Origin: an uncultured Burkholderiales bacterium
Lineage (GTDB): Bacteria > Pseudomonadota > Gammaproteobacteria > Burkholderiales > Burkholderiaceae_C
Assembly: GCA_966211815.1 (NCBI GenBank)
Contig: CBIHOD010000005.1
Span: forward strand, 55,803 to 119,802
DNA: 64,000 bases
Reading direction: 5' to 3'
The first letter of the stretch is position 1. Each line of letters begins with the position of its first letter. Below the pieces are notes generated by a model. That model did no database searches. It was not told where the DNA came from and was given only the letters and a program-made list of their open reading frames with translations. The position numbers and the translations under genes were made by a program. Of the stretch, positions 19,633 to 28,878 are shown in pieces.

Positions 19633-20103
19633 TCAGCCGGGCCGGCCCTTCACCGTCGGATAGACATTCGACCGCTTCACCCGCCCGTAGGCGAAGCTAG
19701 TGTCGATCGACTGGATGCCCGGGATGGCATGGAGGTCGTTGCGCACGAAGCGTTCGTAATCCTTCAGGCTCTCGACCAGCACGCGCAGCAGGTAGTCCAC
19801 TTGGCCGGTCATCACGTAGCAGTCCATCACCGCGTCGATGGCCTGGACGGCCCGCTCGAAGGCGTGCACGGACTCTGCGCTGTGCACCTTGAGCTTGATT
19901 CCGACGAAAGCCGTCACCGGAAGGCCGTAGCTTTCCTCGTCAACGATGGCGGTGTAGCCGCGGATCACGCGCGCTTCTTCCAGCAACCGCAAGCGCCGCA
20001 GGCAGGGCGAGGCCGACAGGTTCACCTGCTCGGAGAGGTCCTGGTTGCTGATGCGGCCGTCAGCCTGCAGTGCCGCGATGATTTGGAAGTCTTTATTGTC
20101 CAT
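19633..20103 (-). CDS. Lrp/AsnC family transcriptional regulator
   Basis: MDNKDFQIIAALQADGRISNQDLSEQVNLSASPCLRRLRLLEE HTH_AsnC followed by a RAM domain. Divergent from an EamA exporter, which is a typical pairing. Confidence 0.9.
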   Translation of the reverse strand: MDNKDFQIIAALQADGRISNQDLSEQVNLSASPCLRRLRLLEEARVIRGYTAIVDEESYGLPVTAFVGIKLKVHSAESVHAFERAVQAIDAVMDCYVMTGQVDYLLRVLVESLKDYERFVRNDLHAIPGIQSIDTSFAYGRVKRSNVYPTVKGRPG

Positions 20104-20224
20104 TGCACTATTTTTAGCAGAAGCCAATGGTTTTGGCAGGGTGCGTTGGAACAAATTGAAAGAATTTTTGGCAGGGAAACTTGAGAATCTGGGCTGCCAA
20201 TTGAACCTCGAAGCCGTCTTCCTC

Positions 20225-21163
20225 ATGCAGATTTCCACGACCGCCGCCGGACCGTCCAACCTGGCGACCGCCTCTCCCGCCCGGCCCGGCGCCTCCACCG
20301 TCGCCGGCTGGGCCGCCTTGTGCCTCACCTTGATCGTCTGGGCCGGCTTCTCGCTGTCGATCCGCGCCATCGGCGCTTCGGTGTTGACGCCGGGCGATGT
20401 GGCGCTCATCCGCTTCCTGGTGCCGGCGGTGGCGATGCTGCCCTTCCTGCGCTCCCGTTGGCCGGCCCTGCGGGCATTGCCTATGAAGCATTGGGCGATG
20501 ATCGGCGGAGGCGCCGGGCTGCCGTTCTTCCTGATCGCCGCCGCCGGCGGGCGGTTGACGTCGGCCGCGCATGTGAGCGCACTGATCGCCGGCACCGTGC
20601 CCTTGTCCTTCGCGCTGCTGGGCTGGCTGATCTGGCGCGAGCCGGTGGACGCCGCCCGCAAGCGCTGCCTGGCGGTGATCGTCGCCGGCGTCGCCTTGCT
20701 GGTGGCCGGCCTGGGCACGTTTCACTGGGGGGTGCTCGGCGGCGCCGCGGTTCTGCTGTCGGCCAGCCTGCTCTGGGGCCTGTACACCCACGGTTTGCGC
20801 AAATCCGGGCTGGACCCGCTGGCCTGCGTGATGGTGGTGACCTATCCGTCGCTGTTCCTGCTCGCGCCGTTGATGGGCGCCGGCGTGCTGGAGAGCCATC
20901 TTGGCCAGGTGGGCTGGCGCGACACGCTGCCCTTCATCCTGGCCCAAGGCGTCGGCGTGGGCCTGCTCTCGACGCTGGGCTATTCGCTGTCGATCCGGCT
21001 GCTCGGCCCGGTGCGCTGCGCCACGGCCGGCGCGATGGCGCCGGTTCTGGCCACGCTGATGGCCGTCCCGCTGCTCGGCGAGCAGCCCAGCCTCACTGCT
21101 TTTTGCGGCGTGCTCGCCGTCACGGCCGGCGTGTTGCTGGCCAGCCGGCCGCCCAGGCGCTGA
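20225..21163 (+). CDS. EamA/DMT-superfamily transporter
   Basis: About 10 predicted TM helices in two EamA-like halves. Start trimmed to MQISTT. Confidence 0.78.
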   Translation: MQISTTAAGPSNLATASPARPGASTVAGWAALCLTLIVWAGFSLSIRAIGASVLTPGDVALIRFLVPAVAMLPFLRSRWPALRALPMKHWAMIGGGAGLPFFLIAAAGGRLTSAAHVSALIAGTVPLSFALLGWLIWREPVDAARKRCLAVIVAGVALLVAGLGTFHWGVLGGAAVLLSASLLWGLYTHGLRKSGLDPLACVMVVTYPSLFLLAPLMGAGVLESHLGQVGWRDTLPFILAQGVGVGLLSTLGYSLSIRLLGPVRCATAGAMAPVLATLMAVPLLGEQPSLTAFCGVLAVTAGVLLASRPPRR

Positions 21164-21184
21164 AGGCCGCCGGCGGCGACGCCG

Positions 21185-22594
21185 TCAACGCCCGGCCTTG
21201 CCGCTGGGTTCGCCGGTCAGGCGCTGGGGATCGAGCAGCTGCAGCAGCCGTTCGCGCGGGATGTCGGTGCTCTCGGCCGCGACATCGACGATGGCGCGGC
21301 CTTCCTTGTAGGCGCGTTTGGCGATCTCGGCCGCCTTGGCATAGCCGATGACCGGGTTCAGCGCTGTCACCAGGATGGGGTTGCGCGCCAGGGACGCCTG
21401 CAGCTGCGCTTCGTTGACCTTGAAAGTGGCGATGGCCTTGTCGGCCAGCAGGCGCGAGGCATTGGCCAGCAGCGCCAGGCTTTCCAGCAGATTGCGGGCG
21501 ACCAGCGGCAGCATCACGTTCAGCTCGAAGTTGCCGGACTGCGCGGCGACCGTGACCGCCGCGTCGTTGCCAATCACCTGGGCGGCTACCATGGCGGCTG
21601 CCTCCGGGATCACCGGGTTCACCTTGCCGGGCATGATCGACGAGCCGGGCTGCAGCGCTTCCAGCTCGATCTCGGCCAGGCCGGCCAGCGGGCCGGAATT
21701 CATCCAGCGCAGGTCGTTGGAGATCTTCATCAGCGTCGCGGCCACGCCCTTGAGCGCGCCCGACAGCGCCAGCGCGGCGTCTTGTGAACCCATGGCGGCG
21801 AAATAGTCGGGCGCCGGCAGGAATTCCTGGCCCGTCAGCGCCGACAAATGCCTGCAAAAGACCGCCGCGAAATCCGACGGCGCGTTCACGCCCGTGCCCA
21901 CCGCGGTGCCGCCCTGGGCCAGTTCGCTGACGCGCGGCAGCAGCGCCTCCAGGTGGCGCGTCTGCGCTTCGACCTGCGCGGCCCAGCCGTCCAGCACCTG
22001 GCCCAGCCGCACCGGCATCGCATCCATCAGGTGGGTGCGGCCTGTTTTCACATGGTGGCCGACGGCCTTGGACTTCTCCCGCACCGTGTGGGAGAGGTGC
22101 CTCAGCGCCGGCACCAGGTCGCCACGCAGCGCCAGCGCGGCGCCGATGTGGATGGCGCTCGGCACGGAGTCGTTGCTGCTCTGGCTGCGGTTGACGTGGT
22201 CGTTGGCGCTGATGGGCGCGGCGTCGGCCGGCCGGGCGCGGTTGGCCAGCGCGGCCAGCACCTCGTTGGCATTCATGTTGCTGCTGGTGCCCGAGCCGGT
22301 CTGGAAGACGTCGAGCGGGAAATGGGCCATGAAGTCGCCGGCCAACAGCGACTCTGCGGCGCTGTCGATGGCCATGCCGATGTCACGAGGCAGTTGGTCC
22401 AGCTCGACATTGGCCCGCGCCCCGGCGCGCTTGACCAGCAGCAGCGCGCGGATGAAGCCCTGGGGCAGCGGCTGCCCGCTGACGGGGAAATTCAGCACCG
22501 CGCGCTGGGTCTGCGCGCCGTAGAGGGCATCGGCGGGCACGGCCATCTCGCCCATGCTGTCGCGTTCGGTGCGGGTGTGGATGGGGTTGCTCAC
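21185..22594 (-). CDS. fumC: Class II fumarate hydratase
   Basis: DSMGEMAVPADALYGAQTQR, SSNDSVPSAIHI and GSSIMPGKVNP signatures. GTG start preceded by AGGAGA. Confidence 0.9.
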   Translation of the reverse strand: MSNPIHTRTERDSMGEMAVPADALYGAQTQRAVLNFPVSGQPLPQGFIRALLLVKRAGARANVELDQLPRDIGMAIDSAAESLLAGDFMAHFPLDVFQTGSGTSSNMNANEVLAALANRARPADAAPISANDHVNRSQSSNDSVPSAIHIGAALALRGDLVPALRHLSHTVREKSKAVGHHVKTGRTHLMDAMPVRLGQVLDGWAAQVEAQTRHLEALLPRVSELAQGGTAVGTGVNAPSDFAAVFCRHLSALTGQEFLPAPDYFAAMGSQDAALALSGALKGVAATLMKISNDLRWMNSGPLAGLAEIELEALQPGSSIMPGKVNPVIPEAAAMVAAQVIGNDAAVTVAAQSGNFELNVMLPLVARNLLESLALLANASRLLADKAIATFKVNEAQLQASLARNPILVTALNPVIGYAKAAEIAKRAYKEGRAIVDVAAESTDIPRERLLQLLDPQRLTGEPSGKAGR

Positions 22595-22782
22595 GGCGGG
22601 TTTCTCCTGCGGACGTCGTCTGGGGGGGAGGGGGTGGATGGTTCGGTCCGATCCCGGCATCGCCCGAGGATTCTGGTCCTCTTTGGAGTCCGACGAGGCC
22701 GCGTGGCCTTGCGGCGCTCACGGGACGACCCGTTCCGAAGGACCGTGCAGCTTCCTGATGCGTGGCAGGCGGCATGCCGACC

Positions 22783-22810
22783 AAAAAAAACCGACCCCGA
22801 AAGGGGCCGG
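22783..22810 (-). terminator. Rho-independent terminator downstream of fpr
   Basis: On the minus strand: CCGGCCCC-tttc-GGGGTCGG followed by T8. Confidence 0.6.
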
Positions 22811-22838
22811 CTCGATGGGGATGCGGGTACCGCGAGGC

Positions 22839-23612
22839 TCAGCGTTCCGCGAAGGCGCGCTCGACCACGAACCCGCCTGGGTGCTGCATGTTGCCTTCGT
22901 TGAAGCCGCCTTGTTCCAGCTGCTCTTTCAAATCTTTCAGCATGGCAGGGCTGCCGCAGATCATGAAGCGGTCGTTTTCCGTGGAGATCGGCGGCAGGCC
23001 GAGGTCGGCGTAGAGCTTGCCGGAGGCCATCAGCTCGGTGATGCGGCCTTCGTTCTTGAACTTTTCCCGCGTGACGGTGGGGTAGTAGAGCAGCTGGTTC
23101 TTGACGAACTCGCCCAGGTATTCATGCTCGTGAAGCTCGTGCTCGAAGAGCTGGCGGTAGGCCAGCTCGGCCTGGGTGCGGCAGCCGTGCACGAGGATGA
23201 CTTTCTCGAAGCGGTCGTAGACCTCGGGGTCCTTGATCAGCGAGAGGAAGGGCGCCAGGCCGGTGCCGGTGGCCAGCAGCCAGAGGTTCTTGCCGGGCAG
23301 CAGGTTCTGCAGCAGCAGCGTGCCGGTGGGCTTGCGGCCGACGATCAGCTCGTCGCCGGGCTGCAGGTGCTGCAGGCGCGAGGTGAGCGGGCCTTCGGGC
23401 ACCTTGATGCTGAAGAATTCGAGCGTTTCCTCATGGTTGGCGCTGGCGATCGAGTAGGCGCGCAGCAGCGGCTTGCCGTCGACGGGCAGGCCGATCATCG
23501 TGAACTGGCCGTTGATGAAGCGGAACCCGGTGTCGCGGGTGGTCGTGAACGAGAACAGCTGGTCGGTCCAGTGATGGACGGTCAGGACTTTTTCGGTTTG
23601 GAATGCGCTCAT
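22839..23612 (-). CDS. fpr: Ferredoxin--NADP(+) reductase (bacterial Fpr type)
   Basis: RAYSIAS FAD motif, LLATGTGLAPFLS NADP motif, and a C-terminal …FVVERAFAE tail. Confidence 0.92.
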   Translation of the reverse strand: MSAFQTEKVLTVHHWTDQLFSFTTTRDTGFRFINGQFTMIGLPVDGKPLLRAYSIASANHEETLEFFSIKVPEGPLTSRLQHLQPGDELIVGRKPTGTLLLQNLLPGKNLWLLATGTGLAPFLSLIKDPEVYDRFEKVILVHGCRTQAELAYRQLFEHELHEHEYLGEFVKNQLLYYPTVTREKFKNEGRITELMASGKLYADLGLPPISTENDRFMICGSPAMLKDLKEQLEQGGFNEGNMQHPGGFVVERAFAER

Positions 23613-23846
23613 GCTGCGGGGATCGGAGGGATGGACTCCCGCCTATTTTCTCAAACCCCGGGGAGGCGGTTCGGACATTGATTGAATAAGCTTCTATCGG
23701 AACGGCGGGGTAGGGCGTTCCATCCCCTGGGCACGGGGCCGCGCCTACACTTGCCGGATGGCGGCGCCGGGCGGCTTGGCCGGGCCGCCAGGACGATCCC
23801 GGGTCGCGCACCCGGCCACACGGTTTCTTCTCGAAAGTGCATCGGC

Positions 23847-25460
23847 ATGGGCGGTGAGCGCGGTGGAGATCCTTTGTCAGCGGGCCAGGCCTGCGCGGCG
23901 CCGGCGGGGCCGGCCCTCTTCGAACTGCGCGGCGTCAGCAAGCGATACCCTGCCGTCAAGGCCTGCGACCGCGTCGACTTGCGCGTGGCGCCCGGCGAGA
24001 TCCACGCCGTGCTGGGCGAGAACGGCGCCGGCAAATCCACGTTGATGAAGATCGCCTTCGGCGCCGTCCAGCCCGACGAGGGCGAAATCTTCTGGGAGGG
24101 CCGGCCGGTGGCGGTCCGCAGCCCCCAGGCCGCGCGGGCGATGGGAATCGGCATGGTGTTCCAGCATTTCAGCCTGTTCGACACGCTCACCGCCGCCGAG
24201 AACGTCTGGCTCGGCCTGGACCGTCGTTCCTGCGCAAGCCTGGCGGACGCCGCGGCGCGCACCGCGCGGGTGGCCCAGGCTCACGGCCTGGAAGTCGACC
24301 CGCTCAAGCCGGTGCACTTGTTGTCGGTCGGCGAGCGCCAGCGGCTGGAGATCGTGCGCGCGCTCATGTCGGAGCCGCGGTTGCTGATCCTGGACGAGCC
24401 GACCTCGGTGTTGACACCGCAGGCGGCGCAGTCCCTCTTCGCCACGCTGCGCCGGTTGGCGGCGCAGGGATGCGGCATCCTTTACATCAGCCACAAGCTG
24501 GACGAGATCCGCGCGCTGTGCCACCGCTGCACCGTGCTGCGCGCCGGCCGCGTCACCGGCGTGCTGGACCCGTCGCGCGAGACGCCGGCCGGCCTGTCGC
24601 GCCTGATGCTCGGCGCCGAGCCGGCGCCGCTGAGCCGCCGGCCGTCGGCGCCCGGCGCGGAGGTGATGGTCGTGCGGGGGCTGTCCCTGCCGAGCGCGCA
24701 CCCCTTCGGGACGGCGCTGCGGGAGGTGGGCTTCAGCCTGCGCGCCGGCGAAATCGTCGGCTTGGCCGGGGTGTCGGGCAATGGGCAACAGGAGTTGTTG
24801 GCCGCGTTGTCGGGCGAAGACCGCCGCGCGCCCAGGGACGCAGTGCAGCTGGCCGGCCGTCCCGCCGGACACCTCGGCGCCGCCGAACGCCGCTCGCTGG
24901 GGCTGCACTTCGTCCCGGAAGAACGCCTGGGCCGCGGCGCGGTGCCGTCGCTCTCCCTGGCGCAGAACACTTTGCTGACGCGCGCTGAGGCCGCCGGCGC
25001 GCGCACCTGGGTCCGGCCGCGGGCGGTGCGGGCGCTGGCGCTGCGCCTGATCGAACGTTTCCAGGTGAAGGCGGGCGGGCCTCAATCGGCGGCGCAGAGC
25101 CTGTCCGGCGGCAACCTGCAGAAATTCATCATGGGCCGGGAAATCGACGCCGCGCCGCGGGTCTTGATCGCCGCCCAGCCGACCTGGGGCGTCGACGTGG
25201 GCGCCGCCGCGCAGATCCACGGCGGGCTGCTGGCCCTGCGCGACGCCGGTTGCGCGGTCCTGGTGGTCAGCGAAGACCTGGACGAGCTGCTGCGGCTCAG
25301 CGACCGGTTGATCGTCATCGCGCGGGGCCGGGTGTCGCCGGCCATCGCGGTGGCCGAGGCCGACGCCGCGCTGGTCGGCCCCTGGATGAGCGGCCTTTGG
25401 CCCGGCGGACCGGCGCAGGCCGGCGCCGATGGCGGGACCGCGGAGGTCGCCCATGTTTAG
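23847..25460 (+). CDS. ABC transporter ATP-binding protein with duplicated ATPase domains (BMP/nucleoside-sugar type)
   Basis: Walker A GENGAGKST, signature LSVGERQRLEI, and a second degenerate domain GVSGNGQQEL / LSGGNLQK. The start is uncertain. Confidence 0.85.
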   Translation: MGGERGGDPLSAGQACAAPAGPALFELRGVSKRYPAVKACDRVDLRVAPGEIHAVLGENGAGKSTLMKIAFGAVQPDEGEIFWEGRPVAVRSPQAARAMGIGMVFQHFSLFDTLTAAENVWLGLDRRSCASLADAAARTARVAQAHGLEVDPLKPVHLLSVGERQRLEIVRALMSEPRLLILDEPTSVLTPQAAQSLFATLRRLAAQGCGILYISHKLDEIRALCHRCTVLRAGRVTGVLDPSRETPAGLSRLMLGAEPAPLSRRPSAPGAEVMVVRGLSLPSAHPFGTALREVGFSLRAGEIVGLAGVSGNGQQELLAALSGEDRRAPRDAVQLAGRPAGHLGAAERRSLGLHFVPEERLGRGAVPSLSLAQNTLLTRAEAAGARTWVRPRAVRALALRLIERFQVKAGGPQSAAQSLSGGNLQKFIMGREIDAAPRVLIAAQPTWGVDVGAAAQIHGGLLALRDAGCAVLVVSEDLDELLRLSDRLIVIARGRVSPAIAVAEADAALVGPWMSGLWPGGPAQAGADGGTAEVAHV

Positions 25461-26535
25461 GCTTGAACCCCGGCCCGAGCCGTCGAAATGGGTGGCTGCC
25501 GCCTCGCCGCTGGCGGCGCTGGCCTGCACCGTGCTGATCGGCGCCGCGCTGTTCGCGCTGCTCGGCAAGGACCCGGCCCGCGGCCTGCAGATGTTCTTCG
25601 TCGAGCCCTTGAGGAACGGCTATGCGCTGTCCGAGCTGGCGGTCAAGGCCACGCCGATGCTGCTCATCGCGCTCGGCCTGGCGGTCTGCTTCCGGGCCAA
25701 TGTGTGGAACATCGGCGCCGAGGGCCAGTTCATCCTCGGCGCGTTGGCCGCCGGCGGCGTGGCGCTGCAGGCCGACGCCGCCACCGGCCGCTGGATCCTG
25801 GCGGCGGCGCTGGCGGCCGGCGTGCTCGGCGGCATGGCGTGGGCGGCGCTGGCGGCCTGGTTGCGCGACCGCTTCAACGCCAACGAAATCCTCGTCACTT
25901 TGATGTTGGTCTACGTGGCCGACCTGCTGCTGGGCTACCTGGTCTACGGTCCCTGGAAAGACCCGGCCGGCTACAACTTCCCGCAAACCGCCACCTTCGC
26001 CGACCCGGCGCGCCTGCCGCGGCTTTTCAGCGGCTGGCGCGTCAACCTGGGCACGGCGGCGGCGTTGCTGCTGGCGGGCGCTACCTGGCTTTTCCTGTTC
26101 CGGCTGCAGGCCGGCTTCCGCCTGCAGGTGGGCGGGCTGGCGCCGGCCGCGGCCCGCTACGCCGGCTTTTCGTCGCGCAAGGCGCTGTGGACGGCGCTGC
26201 TGCTGTCCGGCGGCCTGGCCGGGCTGGCCGGCGCGCTGGAGGCTGCCGGGCCGCTCGGGCAGCTCAGCCCGCACGTGCCGGTGGGCTACGGCTTCGCGGC
26301 CATCATCGTCGCCTTCGTCGGGCGGCTGCATCCGGCGGGTATCGTGTTCTCGTCCATTTTGATGAGCATGTTCTACATCGGCGGGGAGCTCGCCCAGTCG
26401 CGACTGGGGCTGCCCAAGTCGCTGACCGGCGTCTTCCAGGGCGTGCTGCTGTTCACGCTGCTGGCCTTCGACACGCTCGCGCACCAACGGTTGCGCCGGG
26501 GGCGCGCGCCGAGCGGGCCGGGAAGGGCGCGTTGA
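25453..26535 (+). CDS. ABC transporter permease (BPD_transp_2 family)
   Basis: Multi-TM protein with a FRANVWNIGAEGQFILGA motif. The ATG overlaps the upstream stop. Confidence 0.85.
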   Translation: MFRLEPRPEPSKWVAAASPLAALACTVLIGAALFALLGKDPARGLQMFFVEPLRNGYALSELAVKATPMLLIALGLAVCFRANVWNIGAEGQFILGALAAGGVALQADAATGRWILAAALAAGVLGGMAWAALAAWLRDRFNANEILVTLMLVYVADLLLGYLVYGPWKDPAGYNFPQTATFADPARLPRLFSGWRVNLGTAAALLLAGATWLFLFRLQAGFRLQVGGLAPAAARYAGFSSRKALWTALLLSGGLAGLAGALEAAGPLGQLSPHVPVGYGFAAIIVAFVGRLHPAGIVFSSILMSMFYIGGELAQSRLGLPKSLTGVFQGVLLFTLLAFDTLAHQRLRRGRAPSGPGRAR

Positions 26536-27455
26536 TGGACGCGTTCGCGCTGCTGGTCGCCGCCACGCTGAACGCCGGCACGGTGCTGGCTTTCGCGGCC
26601 CTGGGGTTGCTGGTCAACGAGCGCTCGGGCGTGGTCAACCTCGGCGCCGAGGGGATGATGCTGGTGGCTGCCCTGGTGGGCTTCGCCGTGGGCGTGGGCA
26701 CGGGCAGCGACTGGCTCGCCTTCGCCGCCGGGGCCGCGGCCGGCGCGTCGATGGCGGCCGCCTTCGGCGTCCTGGCGATCGGGCTCAACACCAACCAATA
26801 CGCCACCGGCCTGGCGCTGAGCCTGTTCGGCGGCGGGCTGTCGGCTTTCTTCGGCCAGGCTTACACCCAGCAGCGCCTGGCCGAGCGGCCGCGATTCGCG
26901 GTGCCGTGGCTGGCGGACCTGCCTTTCGCCGGGCCCGCCTTCTTCCGCCATCACCCGATGGTCTACCTGGCGATCGCCTTGACCGCCGCCGTCGCGTGGT
27001 TCCTCTACCGCTCGCGCGCCGGCCTGGTGTTGCGCGCGGTGGGCGAGTCGCCCGAGTCGGCGCACGCGCTGGGCTATCCGGTGCGACGCATCCGCCTGGC
27101 CGCGGTGGTGGCCGGCGGCGCGCTGTGCGGCTTGTCGGGCGCCTACCTGTCGGTGGCCTACACGCCGCTTTGGGTGGAGGGCATGGTCGCCGGCAAGGGC
27201 TGGATCGCGCTGGCCCTCACCACCTTCGCCACCTGGAGACCGGGCCGCGTCCTGCTGGGCGCCTACCTGTTCGGCGGCGTCACGATGCTGCAGTTCCACC
27301 TGCAGGGCGAGGGCGTCGAACTCCCCAGCCAATGGCTCGGCATGCTGCCCTACCTGTCCACCATCGCGGTGCTCGCGTTGATGTCGCGCGACGCCGGCTG
27401 GGTGCGCCTGAACATGCCGGCCTCGCTGGGCAAGCCCTTCAACCCGGCGCGTTGA
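26535..27455 (+). CDS. ABC transporter permease (second subunit)
   Basis: Multi-TM protein with a VVNLGAEGMMLVAA motif. TGATG overlap with the preceding permease. Confidence 0.85.
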   Translation: MDAFALLVAATLNAGTVLAFAALGLLVNERSGVVNLGAEGMMLVAALVGFAVGVGTGSDWLAFAAGAAAGASMAAAFGVLAIGLNTNQYATGLALSLFGGGLSAFFGQAYTQQRLAERPRFAVPWLADLPFAGPAFFRHHPMVYLAIALTAAVAWFLYRSRAGLVLRAVGESPESAHALGYPVRRIRLAAVVAGGALCGLSGAYLSVAYTPLWVEGMVAGKGWIALALTTFATWRPGRVLLGAYLFGGVTMLQFHLQGEGVELPSQWLGMLPYLSTIAVLALMSRDAGWVRLNMPASLGKPFNPAR

Positions 27456-27514
27456 ACCGCCGCCGGGTCTTTCCTTTCCTCTCGTTCAATCAACCCACAC
27501 AGGAGATGACAAGC

Positions 27515-28681
27515 ATGGCGGCAGATTCCCAAAAGCGTTCGTTGTTGCAACTGGCGGGCTGGGGCGCCCTGTGCGCTGCGTCGGCCGGCCTGCTTTACGG
27601 CTGCGGCAGGAAGGAAGAAGCCGCGGCTCCCCCGGCCCCCGCCCCGGCCAGCCAGGCGGCAGCCCCGGCCGAGCCGCTGAAGATCGCTTTCGCCTACATC
27701 GGCCCGGTGGGCGACGGCGGCTGGACCTTCGCGCACGACAACGCCCGCAAGGCGGTCGAAAAGGCGTTCGGCGACAAGGTGGCCACCACCTTCGTCGAGA
27801 AAGTGCCCGAGGCCGCCGACGCCGAACGCGTCTTCCGGGACCTGGTCGGCCAGGGCAACAAGTTGGTCTTCGGCACCACCTTCGGCTACATGGAGCCGAT
27901 GCTGAAGGTGGCCGCCGATTCGCCGGACGTGAAGTTCGAACACGCCACCGGCTACAAGACCGCCCCCAACATGCGCACCTACGACAGCCGCACCTACGAA
28001 GGCGCCTACATGGCGGGCGTGATCGCCGGCGGCATGACGAAAACGGGCACGCTCGGCGTGGTGGGCTCCATCCCCATCCCGGAAGTCATCCGCAACATCA
28101 ACAGCTTCACGCTGGGCGCGCAATCGGTGAACCCCAAAGTCAAGACCCGCGTCGTCTGGGTCAACGAGTGGATCAACCCGCCGAAAGAGACCGAAGCGGC
28201 CCAGGCCCTGCTCAACGGCGGCGCCGACGTGCTGTTCCAGAACACCGATTCTTCCGCGGTGCTGCAAGCCGCCGGCAAAGCCGGCAAATACGCTTTCGGC
28301 TGGGATTCCGACATGACCTCCTACGCGCCCAAGGCCCACCTGGCCTCGGCGATCGTCAATTGGGCGCCGTATTACATCCAGGCCACGCGCGAGGTGCTGG
28401 AGGGCAAATGGACCGGCGGCTCGGCCACCTGGTGGGGTGTCAAGGAGGGCGCGATCGACCTCGTCTCGATCTCCGACGCGGTTCCGGCCGAACTCAAGGC
28501 CAAGGTCGAGGCCGTCAAGGCGGGATTGAAGGACGGCAGCTTCGCCATCTGGAAAGGCCCCATCCTCGCCCAGGACGGCAAAGAGCTGCTGAAAAAGGAC
28601 GAAGTGGCCGACGACAAGTTCCTGGGTGGGCTGAAGACCTACGTCCAGGGTGTGGAAGGCACGGTGCCGGGCGGGAAATGA
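27515..28681 (+). CDS. BMP-family ABC substrate-binding lipoprotein (purine nucleoside-type)
   Basis: Lipobox LLYGCG and an Ala/Pro linker, then IAFAYIGPVGDGGWTFAHD…GSIPIPEVIRNINSFTLGA. AGGAG RBS. An alternative ATG lies at 27506. Confidence 0.87.
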   Translation: MAADSQKRSLLQLAGWGALCAASAGLLYGCGRKEEAAAPPAPAPASQAAAPAEPLKIAFAYIGPVGDGGWTFAHDNARKAVEKAFGDKVATTFVEKVPEAADAERVFRDLVGQGNKLVFGTTFGYMEPMLKVAADSPDVKFEHATGYKTAPNMRTYDSRTYEGAYMAGVIAGGMTKTGTLGVVGSIPIPEVIRNINSFTLGAQSVNPKVKTRVVWVNEWINPPKETEAAQALLNGGADVLFQNTDSSAVLQAAGKAGKYAFGWDSDMTSYAPKAHLASAIVNWAPYYIQATREVLEGKWTGGSATWWGVKEGAIDLVSISDAVPAELKAKVEAVKAGLKDGSFAIWKGPILAQDGKELLKKDEVADDKFLGGLKTYVQGVEGTVPGGK

Positions 28682-28878
28682 GCGCCATCGGCCCGCGGCC
28701 GAGCGGGGCACGGGCCGCCCTGGCCTGGCATTACCCATGACGTCCGCGCAAGATGGGCATCGCCGATGGACCGCCGCCGGCGGTGCGGCGTATCCTCGGG
28801 TCGCTCCGCCGGGGTCTCCTCCCCGGGCGGTCGGCGGCCACAACGGTCAGCGACAACAACAAGAACCAGAGACAAGCC

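Noticed and set aside
26906-27514. Long N-terminal extension of the BMP lipoprotein ORF
   Set aside because: It overlaps the second permease gene out of frame. The lipoprotein signal peptide and RBS appear only at ~27501-27515.
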